In this document: positions 17,402 through 26,684 of the stretch, piece by piece
Layout: each line of letters starts with the position of its first letter
Numbering within the stretch: position 1 is the stretch's first letter
Virus record (IMG/VR): IMGVR_UViG_3300042921_000093
Location: 1-35,433 of that record
Reading direction: 5' to 3' (one strand)
Source: a virus
Taxonomy: Duplodnaviria; Caudoviricetes
Length of the DNA stretch: 35,433 bases
Program-made: the position numbers and the translations under genes
The notes under the pieces: generated by a model
Told to the model about the DNA's origin: nothing
Databases searched by the model: none
The model's input: the letters and a program-made list of their open reading frames with translations, nothing else

Positions 17402-19399
17402 TCACGCGGTGGTGTCGGCCCCGTAGCAGAAGCTCTCGGCGTGACGCACCACGAAGTCCACGTCCTGCATCGCACGGACCACCGTGCGCGCCTGGCTGCT
17501 CTCGGAGTAGGGATCGACCTGAAGCTCGAGCCCGCCCCACATGGCCACGATGAGATCGGCAAAATTCCCGAAGAAGAGATCGCCATCCGCCACCTGATTG
17601 GTGACCCCGGTGTTGTAGCCGTTCACCTGGTTGCCCGTCTCCCAGATGGTCTGCCCGCTCGAGCCTGCGAATTTCTCGGTGCTCTTGAAATGCCCGCGCA
17701 TCTTGGCACCCATGACATAGGCCATCGAATTCACGTCGGCATTGTCGGCGGCGATCTTGCTCTCCATCTCGATCACCTCGGCATAGGTGGGCAGCTGGCC
17801 CGTGCCCGCGCCCGCGCCATCGGTGCCGAAATCAATGGCGTTGACGCCGTTGACGTTCTTGATGCCGGTGGGCTGGTTGTTCGACCCGGTGCCGTAGAGA
17901 CCTGCCTTGTCGATCGTCAGCGCCAGCGCGGTGGCCAGATCACGACGGGTCAGCAACTCGACATCGAGCGACGACTGCATGATAAGCCGCCGCGTCAACT
18001 TGGTGCGCGCCGCGACCGTCTTCGGGTTGGCCCCGATCTGGCCAAGCTCGAAGCCGTCCTCGGGCACGGCGTCATCCTCGCCGATCCAGTAACCGGCGGA
18101 CCCGGAGTCCTGCCTCGGGATGGCGACGTTGCCGACAAGCCCGCCCATCGGCGTGGCGAGCTGCAGAAGGATCGCGCGATTGCGCAGCATGTCGATGAAG
18201 CTCTGCGCCATCAGGTCGGTCGCGACCGAAAAACCACCGGTATCGCCAGCGGCGGTGCCCGAGGTGTCGGTGTTGATCGCCCGGCGCAGCACGTCGGCCG
18301 GGACAAGCAGGCCCTCGGGCTCGCGGCCCATGCGCTGTGCCGCCGCCGCCGAGGCCTCGAACTCGAACGCAGCCGCCTCCTGGGCGCGGCGGTCGGTCGG
18401 GTTGCTCAGCGCGCGAAGGGCGCGGACAAACGAGAACTGGCGTGCCTCGCCCTCGGTCATGCCGATGTCGGCGTTGTCCGCGTCGTTGAGCGCCTGGCCG
18501 CCCCCGCCCCGGCTCAAGTGATCGAGCAACCGACCCTGGAATTGCTCGGGGGAGATGCGGTCGAGCAGCGCCTGCTGAGCCAGATCCCGCGCGTTGTACT
18601 GAGTTCCCATCTCGGTGATCACGCGGACGCGCTCATCAGCGGCTTCGCCCGCGCGGCGCGCCGCCGTCTGCTCGCCCTCGCCTGCGCGCTCGAGCATCTC
18701 GACGACTTCGACGATGTTGCCGTTTTCGTCGACCTTGGCACGAACGAGATTGCCGTCCGCGTCGCGGGTAATGATGGTCTTCATTTCAAGACTCCGTGTC
18801 TGTTGTTGTGGCGCGGACGCGCCGGTTGCTGCCCCGGGGCTGTCGGTCTGCGCGTCGCGCCCCACACCCACCGACGTGTCTGCTGGCACCGCGACGATCG
18901 AGATTTCAAACGGCTCGTAGTCGGTGACACGCACCAGGTCCGGCATGCCGTCCCTGTTCTCGATCTCCACCTTGTGCACGATGTAGCCGAACGACACGCT
19001 GCGCCGGATCCCGTCCACGATGTCCTGGAATATCTCGTCGGCCCGCGCGCTCCGCCCGAACCTCGCAACCGCGCGCCCCACGCGGTCACTGCCGACCTCG
19101 AAAGAGACGGTGATGCCAACCTGGTCGTCCCAGTCATGGTTGACTAGCACAGGCAGCCCGCCTTCGAGCCGCTCGGTGCGCATCGCGCCAGCGTCATGAA
19201 CGAGCACCTCCTCGCCGAACCAGCGGCTGACCGGTGCCTCGCTCGAAAACGCAAGTTCGACCGTGCGGGCCTCGACGTCGATCTCGCGCACGCTCGACAT
19301 GCGGAACAGGCCAGAGCGCCCGCCACCCGTGGCATTGATCTGGTCCGGGGTCAGGTCCCGCGTGAGATACGAGCCAATGATGTCTTGATCGAGGTGCAT
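17402..19399 (-). CDS. Fused prohead protease-major capsid protein (HK97 fold)
   Basis: ATG at 19399; protease part RTVELAFSSE, L.NHD, SFGY, EISIVAVPAD..VG; capsid part GG..V.TD...SFID.LR, W.GE, FG.F.DL...WGG....VDPY. Confidence 0.92.
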   Translation of the reverse strand: MHLDQDIIGSYLTRDLTPDQINATGGGRSGLFRMSSVREIDVEARTVELAFSSEAPVSRWFGEEVLVHDAGAMRTERLEGGLPVLVNHDWDDQVGITVSFEVGSDRVGRAVARFGRSARADEIFQDIVDGIRRSVSFGYIVHKVEIENRDGMPDLVRVTDYEPFEISIVAVPADTSVGVGRDAQTDSPGAATGASAPQQQTRSLEMKTIITRDADGNLVRAKVDENGNIVEVVEMLERAGEGEQTAARRAGEAADERVRVITEMGTQYNARDLAQQALLDRISPEQFQGRLLDHLSRGGGGQALNDADNADIGMTEGEARQFSFVRALRALSNPTDRRAQEAAAFEFEASAAAAQRMGREPEGLLVPADVLRRAINTDTSGTAAGDTGGFSVATDLMAQSFIDMLRNRAILLQLATPMGGLVGNVAIPRQDSGSAGYWIGEDDAVPEDGFELGQIGANPKTVAARTKLTRRLIMQSSLDVELLTRRDLATALALTIDKAGLYGTGSNNQPTGIKNVNGVNAIDFGTDGAGAGTGQLPTYAEVIEMESKIAADNADVNSMAYVMGAKMRGHFKSTEKFAGSSGQTIWETGNQVNGYNTGVTNQVADGDLFFGNFADLIVAMWGGLELQVDPYSESSQARTVVRAMQDVDFVVRHAESFCYGADTTA

Positions 19400-19435
19400 G
19401 AGCGCTCCAGGTGCAATGATCGTCGTGACAGGGCG

Positions 19436-19478
19436 ATGATGCTCAGCGCAGCCCGGGCAATCCATTGGCGGTTTTCCC
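19436..19478 (-). promoter_or_regulatory. Late promoter copy 3 (capsid operon)
   Basis: GGGAAAACCGCCAATGGA (19478-19461), 19 nt spacer, CATCAT. Confidence 0.75.
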
Positions 19479-19489
19479 TATGCTCCGCC

Positions 19490-21115
19490 CTACCCATCCT
19501 CCGGTCCCTCGTCCTCATCCGTGAACTGGATGTCCTGCTGATCGCCTTGCGACGCGAGTTGCATGCCCATCGCGATCTGGATGTATTCGTCGGGGATTTT
19601 TGCGGCCTGCATGGCCGCGATGTCGCGCCCGATCTCCTTCCAGACCGAGTCCGGGTCGCGACCACGATCGCGGATCAGCTGCCCGGGAGATGCGAGCAGG
19701 TTGTTCTTGCTGGTCACCGCCGCCTTTACATCAGCGTTCGGGTCAATCCAGTCCCAGCGCCGCGGCTGCCACTCGACCTCGCGATACGTGTCCAGCCGGT
19801 TGGCGGGCAGCGGCGCACCGTTTGCGCGGATGCGTCCGGCCAGCAGCGCGCGCGGCAGCCACGCCGCGAAAACCCGGTGCATCATGGACTCGACCAGCCA
19901 CTCCTGCATCTCCTTCCAGTGCTCGCGCTCGTCAAGCGTGCCCTGGCGGATGCTGGAAAAGTTGACCCCCTCGAGATCGTTGGCAAGATTGACATAGGTG
20001 ACATCGAGGCCCGACGCGATACCGCGCAGCATCGCCTTGTGGAACGGCCCGAACTCCCCGCTGGGATATTGCGGATTCCATTCCTTGAACTTTACCCCGG
20101 CGGGTAGTTCCTGGAACTGACCCGGCTCGGCCTCCATGAAGATTTCCTCGTCCTCGTCAACCTCGGGGCCATAGCCCTCCTGCCACTCGAAGAAGCCCCC
20201 CTTGGACGCCGAGACGCGGGCGTTCACCAGCGCCGCCTTTTCAAACCCGCCAAGCATCTGCAGCCGCCACAGCGCCGTGGCCGTCCAGGGCAGGCCGCGC
20301 TTCTGGCCCACCATGTCTGGCACGAACCCGTGAATGATCTGATCCGCCGGGACGCGCACGAAGCTGCGCCCACCCACGGTATAGGCGTCGACGTCATCTT
20401 CGGGACGGGTCGTGGTGAAGTGATAGGCCAAGGGTCGACCGAACCGGTTGAACTCGATGCTGTGGCGGATGAACCGCCCGCCGGTCATCCGGTCCTCGTG
20501 GTAATCCGGGTCGCATCGCTGCGGGTCAAGTATCTGCAACGCGATCCCCCACGGCCCGGCATCGCCGCCCGTCACGATCCGGAACATGTATTCGCCGTCT
20601 CGCGCCGCCGAGGTCACCGCGCTGTTCTGCAGGCTGCGCAGCGACTGGCGCGCAGTCACGTCGCAATTCTCGGCCCTGGCCCACTCACGCCAGGCATGCT
20701 CGATCGCGTCATTCGCATCGGTGTCGAGCGATCCATCAGCCGCGCGCGCCTGCGCCTGCAACTGCACGCCCCTCGGCCCGACGATATTGCGCCGGGTGAG
20801 CGACAGGAAATGCCTGCAATAGTCGTTGTTCGCCGCCTGTTCACGCGAGCGCGCGACCAGAACACGCTGGTTGCGGCGCACGATCTCGTCGGCCGTCAGC
20901 GGCGTTACCCCCCACGATCCCGTGAGCCGGTCCTGCTTGCCCGCCTCGAAATGGCGCAGAGTGGCGCGCGCAAGGTTCGGACCCCGCTGCTTGCGGCGCA
21001 CCGAAGGAATCGGGGTATCGCGCACCTCGACCGGATCGGTCGGGGTATCCACGCCAGTGCTGAACTGCGGCTCGACGCGGGCCTCCTGTGCGCCTCGGCG
21101 GAACAGTCCCAACAT
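19490..21115 (-). CDS. Portal protein, lambda family
   Basis: L.ARSR....NN, IEFN..GRP.AY, Q.RG.PW, NFSS.R.G..DE, W.WIDP. Confidence 0.93.
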   Translation of the reverse strand: MLGLFRRGAQEARVEPQFSTGVDTPTDPVEVRDTPIPSVRRKQRGPNLARATLRHFEAGKQDRLTGSWGVTPLTADEIVRRNQRVLVARSREQAANNDYCRHFLSLTRRNIVGPRGVQLQAQARAADGSLDTDANDAIEHAWREWARAENCDVTARQSLRSLQNSAVTSAARDGEYMFRIVTGGDAGPWGIALQILDPQRCDPDYHEDRMTGGRFIRHSIEFNRFGRPLAYHFTTTRPEDDVDAYTVGGRSFVRVPADQIIHGFVPDMVGQKRGLPWTATALWRLQMLGGFEKAALVNARVSASKGGFFEWQEGYGPEVDEDEEIFMEAEPGQFQELPAGVKFKEWNPQYPSGEFGPFHKAMLRGIASGLDVTYVNLANDLEGVNFSSIRQGTLDEREHWKEMQEWLVESMMHRVFAAWLPRALLAGRIRANGAPLPANRLDTYREVEWQPRRWDWIDPNADVKAAVTSKNNLLASPGQLIRDRGRDPDSVWKEIGRDIAAMQAAKIPDEYIQIAMGMQLASQGDQQDIQFTDEDEGPEDG

Positions 21116-21116
21116 C

Positions 21117-21650
21117 TCAGAGCCTCACCGAAACCGTGCGACCGATGAGCGACTGGCCGCGCAGTGCCGCGTTCTGCGCGCGCAACTCGGCGCGATAGCG
21201 GTCCCGCAGGGCCATGAGGTCCGACAGCGGCGTGCGCTGCAGTTCGCGGTTGTTGATCCGGTAGCGCTCCTGGTCTTTCGTGGCGCGCCCCTCGATCACC
21301 GCCTCGATGGCCGTGAGCACACGCTCGGCATGGGTGCGACCATCATATAGCCCATTAACCTGCGCGAGATCGGCGGCAACCGTCAGCTGACCGGCCTCGA
21401 CCTCGGCCACCGTCTCGCCGTCGCGGGCGCGCAGCGCGGCCCAGTATTGCCCGGGCGCCCACGCGCCGGTGGTCGCGGCGCTGGCGCTCAGCACATGACC
21501 ATCGCCATCCGGGCTCGACGCGATGTCGATTGACTGGGGCCCGCGCAGGTGCAGGGTCAGCGCCCAGCCGTCCTGCGCCGGATAGGCGGCGAGCATGATC
21601 CGGTGATCCAGGGTCACGCCTGCCGTGATCTGAGAAGGGATATTGAGCAA
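21117..21650 (-). CDS. Head-tail adaptor (gpW-like C-terminal region)
   Basis: HAE.VL.AIEA.IEGRA.....Y.IN.REL....L.DL..LRD.Y; between terminase and portal; TTG start uncertain. Confidence 0.7.
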   Translation of the reverse strand: MLNIPSQITAGVTLDHRIMLAAYPAQDGWALTLHLRGPQSIDIASSPDGDGHVLSASAATTGAWAPGQYWAALRARDGETVAEVEAGQLTVAADLAQVNGLYDGRTHAERVLTAIEAVIEGRATKDQERYRINNRELQRTPLSDLMALRDRYRAELRAQNAALRGQSLIGRTVSVRL

Positions 21651-21654
21651 TTTT

Positions 21655-23610
21655 TCACCAGTCGTTTACCCACCCGCCGCCACGGCCTCGCCTCTTACGA
21701 CGCCGCGGCTTCTGCTTGTCGGCATCGTGTTTCGCGGGGGCAGGCAGGTCCATTGGCGGTTTTCCCGAATCCGGCTGCCTCGCCTGCGGCTCCGGATCAG
21801 GCCCAGGCGGGTCGGTGTCGGCATCGGCCTCGAGACGATCAAGCGCGCGCTTGATGTTCGGGTTGAGTATCTTGAGCGCCGCGAGGGCATAAACACGGCA
21901 GTCGAACGGCTCGTTTCGCGGGCGTGTCTGGTGCCACTCGCGGACTGGAAACCCCTTTATCATCTTGGTGCGCAGGGTTTCGGAACTCATGCCGGCAAAC
22001 CATTCAGGGTCGCGCGACGCCGGAAAGTGCGAGTAGCCAGGACCGGGCATCTCGATCTGCAAGCGGCGCTGCACCACCACCTTCGCGCCGTCGACACCGA
22101 CCGTGAACAGATCCACCGGTCGCGCGTTTCGCCCGGACCGCTTGCGGCTGGGGCTGGTGACGATCGGGCGATCCCAGCCGCCCACGCCCTTGATCGCGAA
22201 AAGCCGACGCCCGCGCCGCGAGCGCACGTATTCATAGGCTGCCTGCGTCATGCCCGCCGTGCCGCCGGTGTCCAGGCAGGCGGCGCTGATACGGATATGC
22301 GCGCCTGTCTCGTGCTCGAATGTCTGCGCCAGAAGATCGTCCAGATCGCGCCATACATCCTGCCCCATCGGATCGCCCCACAGCACATGATACTCGACCG
22401 ACCAGCTTTCCTCGCCCAGCCCCCAGGCCACCACCTCCACCTCGAGTCGGTCGATCTGCATGTCGATCCCGGCGGTCAGGACCGCGCCGCCTCGCGGCAC
22501 CGGCGCGGCAAAGGTCTCGACGCGCTGCATCAGGCTCGACGGATCGACCTGGTCACCTTGCTCCTCCCACGTCTCGGCCAGCGACACGTTCACAAAGGTC
22601 TGCAGATCGCCTGCCGCCTTCTTGTCCAGGAACGATTGCACGATGTCCTGCAGCCGACGGAACGTGCTGTAAAGTTCGGACAGGTGATAGCTGGCATGGC
22701 CCCGGAACGGCTTGGTCGCGACCCACGCGCCCCCCCTGATTGCCGCCACCCGCTCGCCATCGGTCCAGACGACGCCACAGGCGCGGCATGTATAGCCCGC
22801 CGTCTCGGGCCGATGCTCGCCGTCGTCGGCTGTCTCCCATGTCACCTGCGCCCATTTCAGCGGCTGGCGCTCGTCGCAATGGGGACAGGCGACGTGAAAG
22901 TAACGCTGATCCCCTTCAAGAAAAGCGGCCTCGATCCAGCTCGCGCCCTTGATCGAGGGCGTGCTGATCTCGAGCAACAGGCGCTGATCCCCGAATGTCG
23001 CGGCGCGCTGCCACAGCAGGCCCACCGGGTGCCCCTCGTGGGTGCGGTCATAGCCGTCGGTCTCGTCGCAGACGATGAACGGCGCAGATCGCCCGCGCAT
23101 GGTCTTCGGGCTGCCGGACCAGCTGAACATCAGAAACCCGCCCGGGTAGCTTTTCATGCGCTGGTTGTTCACGCCGTTGCGCCCGCGCGGCTTGGCGATC
23201 AGATCCTGCAGCCGCTCATTACTCTCCACTAGGGGGTTGAATTTCGTCTCCAGCCAGGTGTGCAAATCGCCCTGGCTGGGCTGCATCATGATCTGGCTCA
23301 CCGGGTTGTGGGCGATGCGGTAGCCCTGTGCGCAGAGCGCGGTCTGCGTCTTGCCGGTCTGGGCCCCCCACATGAGCGTGATCCGGACGCAGCGCGGGTC
23401 GGCCGTCATGTCGAGAACCTCGCGCTGATACGGCGCGTTGTCGAACCGGATCAGGCCGGGCACGGCATTGCCGATCGGAATGCGGATCGTCTGCTCGGCC
23501 CACTCGCTGGGACGCAGCTTCGGGGGCGGGCGCAGGAACGCGCGGGCGGCGCGCACCGCGCGCACCAGTCCGGCTGCGTTCTGGAATATCCGGGCGTTCA
23601 CGACCATCAC
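21655..23610 (-). CDS. Terminase large subunit, lambda gpA family
   Basis: PYQRE, Walker A GAQTGKT, Walker B IVCDETD, ISTP, CPHC..C..C, nuclease TAGIDMQ and NE.FDC. Confidence 0.95.
   Translation of the reverse strand: MMVVNARIFQNAAGLVRAVRAARAFLRPPPKLRPSEWAEQTIRIPIGNAVPGLIRFDNAPYQREVLDMTADPRCVRITLMWGAQTGKTQTALCAQGYRIAHNPVSQIMMQPSQGDLHTWLETKFNPLVESNERLQDLIAKPRGRNGVNNQRMKSYPGGFLMFSWSGSPKTMRGRSAPFIVCDETDGYDRTHEGHPVGLLWQRAATFGDQRLLLEISTPSIKGASWIEAAFLEGDQRYFHVACPHCDERQPLKWAQVTWETADDGEHRPETAGYTCRACGVVWTDGERVAAIRGGAWVATKPFRGHASYHLSELYSTFRRLQDIVQSFLDKKAAGDLQTFVNVSLAETWEEQGDQVDPSSLMQRVETFAAPVPRGGAVLTAGIDMQIDRLEVEVVAWGLGEESWSVEYHVLWGDPMGQDVWRDLDDLLAQTFEHETGAHIRISAACLDTGGTAGMTQAAYEYVRSRRGRRLFAIKGVGGWDRPIVTSPSRKRSGRNARPVDLFTVGVDGAKVVVQRRLQIEMPGPGYSHFPASRDPEWFAGMSSETLRTKMIKGFPVREWHQTRPRNEPFDCRVYALAALKILNPNIKRALDRLEADADTDPPGPDPEPQARQPDSGKPPMDLPAPAKHDADKQKPRRRKRRGRGGGWVNDW
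21724..21766 (-). promoter_or_regulatory. Late promoter copy 4 (inside the terminase 3' end; adaptor/portal)
   Basis: GGGAAAACCGCCAATGGA (21766-21749), 19 nt spacer, CACGAT. Confidence 0.7.
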
Positions 23611-24143
23611 CCGGTCTCGTCGTCATCGTCTGGGATGTCGAGGTCGGCCTCGGTGATCAGATCGTCATCCGCCAGCACCTCGAGCTGCTGATCTATCTCC
23701 TCGAGCAGCACCTCCTTGATGCGCGTCTCGTCGCCCTCGCCGATCAGTCGTCGCGCGGCGCGGCCCGGCAGCACGTTGCGCAGCCCTGCGCGCACCTCGC
23801 CGAACGCCTTGGCGAGCGCGCGCTCGAACTGCTCGACCGGGGCCACCTCGCCCTTGACCTTCGCCAGGTCAAACTCGGCCATCTCTGTCTCGGCCTGCAA
23901 CTTGCGGCGCCGCAGCTCGTCGCCGCTAACGTTGCTGGTGTCGAGCAGCACGGCCGCCTCATCCGCGAGCCGCCACGCCAGCACATCCGCCGAGTTGAAC
24001 TGCCACGAGCGCCCCCGCCCGCCGCGCGTGACCACAGGGCAGCCACGGCGCACCCAATCGTCGATCGTCGTCATGGCCACGCCAAAGACATCCGCCGCTT
24101 GGGTGCGGTTCAGCAGCTTGCCTCGGCCGACCTTGTTAGACAT
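23607..24143 (-). CDS. Terminase small subunit (Nu1-like)
   Basis: ATG at 24143; wHTH NRTQAADVFGV..TTI..W...GCP; coiled coil and acidic tail. Confidence 0.9.
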   Translation of the reverse strand: MSNKVGRGKLLNRTQAADVFGVAMTTIDDWVRRGCPVVTRGGRGRSWQFNSADVLAWRLADEAAVLLDTSNVSGDELRRRKLQAETEMAEFDLAKVKGEVAPVEQFERALAKAFGEVRAGLRNVLPGRAARRLIGEGDETRIKEVLLEEIDQQLEVLADDDLITEADLDIPDDDDETG

Positions 24144-24210
24144 CTGCACCTGCGCACGTTTATATAGTTGTAGGCCGCAACTCGCGCGCCCACGCACAAG
24201 TAAAATAACG

Positions 24211-24253
24211 GGGTGTCATGTTACCCGCGTGGCACCCCCGCCAGGAAGGACCC
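24211..24253 (-). other. Putative cos site (cosQ-like plus cosN-like dyad)
   Basis: Minus-strand GGGTCCT (24253-24247), identical to lambda cosQ, then dyad GGGT-AACATGAC-ACCC (24226-24211) and an AT-rich stretch before the small terminase gene. Confidence 0.7.
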
Positions 24254-24268
24254 AAACCCGCCCCCCGT

Positions 24269-24297
24269 TTGACGGTTGCCGTGCACGCGGTTAACGT
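24269..24297 (+). promoter_or_regulatory. Sigma70-like promoter of the moron
   Basis: TTGACG-17 nt-TAACGT; AGGAG RBS at 24312-24316. Confidence 0.6.
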
Positions 24298-24323
24298 CCT
24301 TACGAACCTTCAGGAGACTTGCC

Positions 24324-24611
24324 ATGATATATCGCCTCGCTGTCGCCATGCTGATTAGCACGGCTCCTGCCCTTGCCGATCAGATTGTCATCGAGGCTGA
24401 TAGTGACGTCAGATTCCTGAGATGCACCGACATGTTCGGAGCCGCCAACTGTGAGTATATCGCCGAAGGAAGTGGTATGATGCGCTGCATCGCCCTCGGC
24501 CACGACGGAACACCTCTCGCCTCTGCGATGGCGTTTGTCGATCAGAGCGCCGTCATGTTCGCTGATCTTGACGCAACAACGATCGCCAAGGTCGCCTGCA
24601 CCAAGAGATAG
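24324..24611 (+). CDS. Moron: small secreted protein with 4 Cys
   Basis: 95 aa, signal peptide ending APALA-D; own promoter and RBS; opposite strand to the late genes. Confidence 0.7.
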   Translation: MIYRLAVAMLISTAPALADQIVIEADSDVRFLRCTDMFGAANCEYIAEGSGMMRCIALGHDGTPLASAMAFVDQSAVMFADLDATTIAKVACTKR

Positions 24612-24700
24612 AACGGTCGCTATCAACAGCACGCCGTAAATCATGAGTGCGAAGAGCAGCGTCGCCCAACAAGCCAAGGCAAAAATCTTGCGCCGGTCGA

Positions 24701-24994
24701 TCATGCCGGATCACCCTCGACCAGCGGCACCATCTCGACGCCCTGCCCAGACATTACCGGGCAAGCCATGCCGTCAGGCCGCACCAACACGATGGTCCAG
24801 CTGCCCGACGGGGCCAGATACATCTCGACCAGCCGCCCGCCCGTGGTCAGCGCCTGCATCCGCAGATGCTCGGCGTATGTGCCCTCCAGAGCCTCGATCA
24901 GGTCATCGCGAGGCAGGCAAGCCTGCGCCGTCGCGGGCGCGGCCGCCAGGGCCAGCAAGGCCGCGACCAGCCATGACAGGGCGATATGTCTCAT
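24701..24994 (-). CDS. Small secreted protein in the lysis cassette
   Basis: ATG at 24994; signal peptide, C..R..L...L...Y.E, GSWTI.....G.AC. Confidence 0.7.
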   Translation of the reverse strand: MRHIALSWLVAALLALAAAPATAQACLPRDDLIEALEGTYAEHLRMQALTTGGRLVEMYLAPSGSWTIVLVRPDGMACPVMSGQGVEMVPLVEGDPA

Positions 24995-25569
24995 TTGCCT
25001 GCTCCCCTCCAGTCCTCGAGCGCGGGATTGTCCGTCGGGGTCAGCGCGTCGAGTGCCACCCCGGCATCGGGGCCGGGATCGGCGGCGCCGGGGCTGTCGG
25101 GGCGCAGGGCGCGCAGGGTCTCGATATTGCGCGCCACGTCCGGGGCCTGCGCGATGATCCGCGCGGCCTCCTTGCTCATCGAAGCGCCGCGAAACTTGTG
25201 AAGCTCGCGCGCGCCGAAGTAGAAGGCCACGATTGCTCCCATCAGCGCCCAGAGTGGCTCGGGCACCAGCGCCAGCCCCTGCATCCGCTCGGCAAACCAC
25301 AATGGGTCGTGCATCGCCGAGGCAAAGAGGAAGATGCAGCCAAAGGCCATCGCCGGACGCGGCAGGCGGTTCAGCCCATCGACGAACCGCCCCCACGGCC
25401 CCTGCACGCCGCCAAACTCTGCGGCCATCTGTTGCAGCGCCGCTGCCTGCGCCTCGGCCCCGCGCCGATCTGCGGCTTCGGCATTGGGGCGAAACACCTC
25501 CGCCGTCTCGGCGATCACGTTGCGCCCGCCGCCAAAGACAGCACCGAAAATCGCGCTCAGCCAGCCCAT
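24991..25569 (-). CDS. Holin, 3-TM GTA-type family
   Basis: FVDGLNRLPRP, DP.WF..RM.GL.LVPEPLW.L.G.IV.FYFGAR. Confidence 0.88.
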   Translation of the reverse strand: MGWLSAIFGAVFGGGRNVIAETAEVFRPNAEAADRRGAEAQAAALQQMAAEFGGVQGPWGRFVDGLNRLPRPAMAFGCIFLFASAMHDPLWFAERMQGLALVPEPLWALMGAIVAFYFGARELHKFRGASMSKEAARIIAQAPDVARNIETLRALRPDSPGAADPGPDAGVALDALTPTDNPALEDWRGAGK

Positions 25570-26171
25570 GTCGCCACCCTCCGATCAAACTGCGCCTGCG
25601 TCATCCGGTAGCGCGGGCTCATGAATTCCTCGGCGCGCCGGATCCAGCCACCCTTGGCCCCCGACCGCGCACGCGCAAACTTGCGGCTCGCGGGGCGGGC
25701 GTCGGCCAGGCGCAGGTAGTAATTGCGCCGCGCGATGGCATAGGCATCGGCGATGTAATCGGGTGCGGCCTCATGGGCCGCGCGCACCGCGCGCAGGGTG
25801 GCAGGCCCGATTATCCCGTCTGCCACCGCCTTGAACCCCATCTCGGTCACCAGCCGTTGCAGGATTTTGACGGCATTGGCTCCGGCATTCACCTGCATGT
25901 CGAACACGCTCGCCTGCAACACCTCGGGCAGCGCGTCGATGCGCGGGCGGGTGTAGTAATGCTCGATGAAGATATCCACCGCCCGCGCACGCGTCATCCG
26001 CCGCACATCGGCCACGTCGATATCGCCGTCGCCATCGAGATCGAGGTCCAACTCGCGCATGGTCCCGATCGTGACGCCGAAATTCGTGGCCCCGCCCGGA
26101 TCGGCGGGATCGTTGACGAAGCCGCCCTCACGGTCGACGATCGCTTCGGCGATTTCGCGCACGGATGTCAT
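25557..26171 (-). CDS. Endolysin, glycoside hydrolase family 108 with peptidoglycan-binding domain
   Basis: ATG at 26171; REGGFVNDP.DPGGATNFGVT, FD..VN.G, DG.IGP.T, GW.RR. Confidence 0.92.
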   Translation of the reverse strand: MTSVREIAEAIVDREGGFVNDPADPGGATNFGVTIGTMRELDLDLDGDGDIDVADVRRMTRARAVDIFIEHYYTRPRIDALPEVLQASVFDMQVNAGANAVKILQRLVTEMGFKAVADGIIGPATLRAVRAAHEAAPDYIADAYAIARRNYYLRLADARPASRKFARARSGAKGGWIRRAEEFMSPRYRMTQAQFDRRVATWAG

Positions 26172-26287
26172 GGATTTCCCGCCCCCCATAGCAATGCCAC
26201 TGCCGACAGGGCGATGATGAGCCATACCAGGGTCGATGCGATCCTGCGCCCCAGATACCAGCCGTGCGATCGATAGACGCGCCTCAT
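26168..26287 (-). CDS. Small single-TM protein (39 aa)
   Basis: MRRVYRSHGWYLGRRIASTLVWLIIALSAVALLWGAGNP; ATGA-coupled to both neighbours. Confidence 0.5.
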   Translation of the reverse strand: MRRVYRSHGWYLGRRIASTLVWLIIALSAVALLWGAGNP

Positions 26288-26649
26288 TTGCGCCCCCGCA
26301 GCAACTGCGACACGCGCGACGCGATCACCACCTTCGACACGCCCAGCATGTCGTGCGCGAGATAGCCGATCGCCAGCGACGCCAACAGCAGGACGGCCGG
26401 GGCCTCCAACCCGAGATTTGTTCTCACGGCGAGCGCCACGATCGGCGCGCCGAGCGCACCGATCAGGGCGTTGAAGATCAGCACCATCACGCGCGTCAGC
26501 CAATGGCGCGTCTCGGCCTCCACCATCGCCATCATCGCCCCGAAGAGGGCAAGCCCCGCCGCGAAAGGCGTCGTGCCATAGGCCTCGATGGCCGCGAGGG
26601 CTGCTGTGAACAACGCCGTGCTGGCCCCCGTGATCGCCTTTTCCCACAT
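26284..26649 (-). CDS. Multi-TM membrane protein, possible second holin or antiholin
   Basis: 121 aa, 3-4 hydrophobic segments, basic C-terminus; first gene of the lysis operon. Confidence 0.6.
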   Translation of the reverse strand: MWEKAITGASTALFTAALAAIEAYGTTPFAAGLALFGAMMAMVEAETRHWLTRVMVLIFNALIGALGAPIVALAVRTNLGLEAPAVLLLASLAIGYLAHDMLGVSKVVIASRVSQLLRGRK

Positions 26650-26684
26650 TGCGCCCCCGAGCCTGATCCATGACAGTCACGGGC

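Noticed and set aside
6621-23232. Long plus-strand ORFs (6621-8843, 11962-13110, 16454-19147, 21643-23232)
   Set aside because: Antisense shadows of recognisable minus-strand structural genes in high-GC DNA
26205-26219. GACAGGGCGATGATG, identical to the -10 region of late promoter copy 3
   Set aside because: No GGGAAAACCGCCAATGG box at the expected distance, so not counted as a sixth promoter
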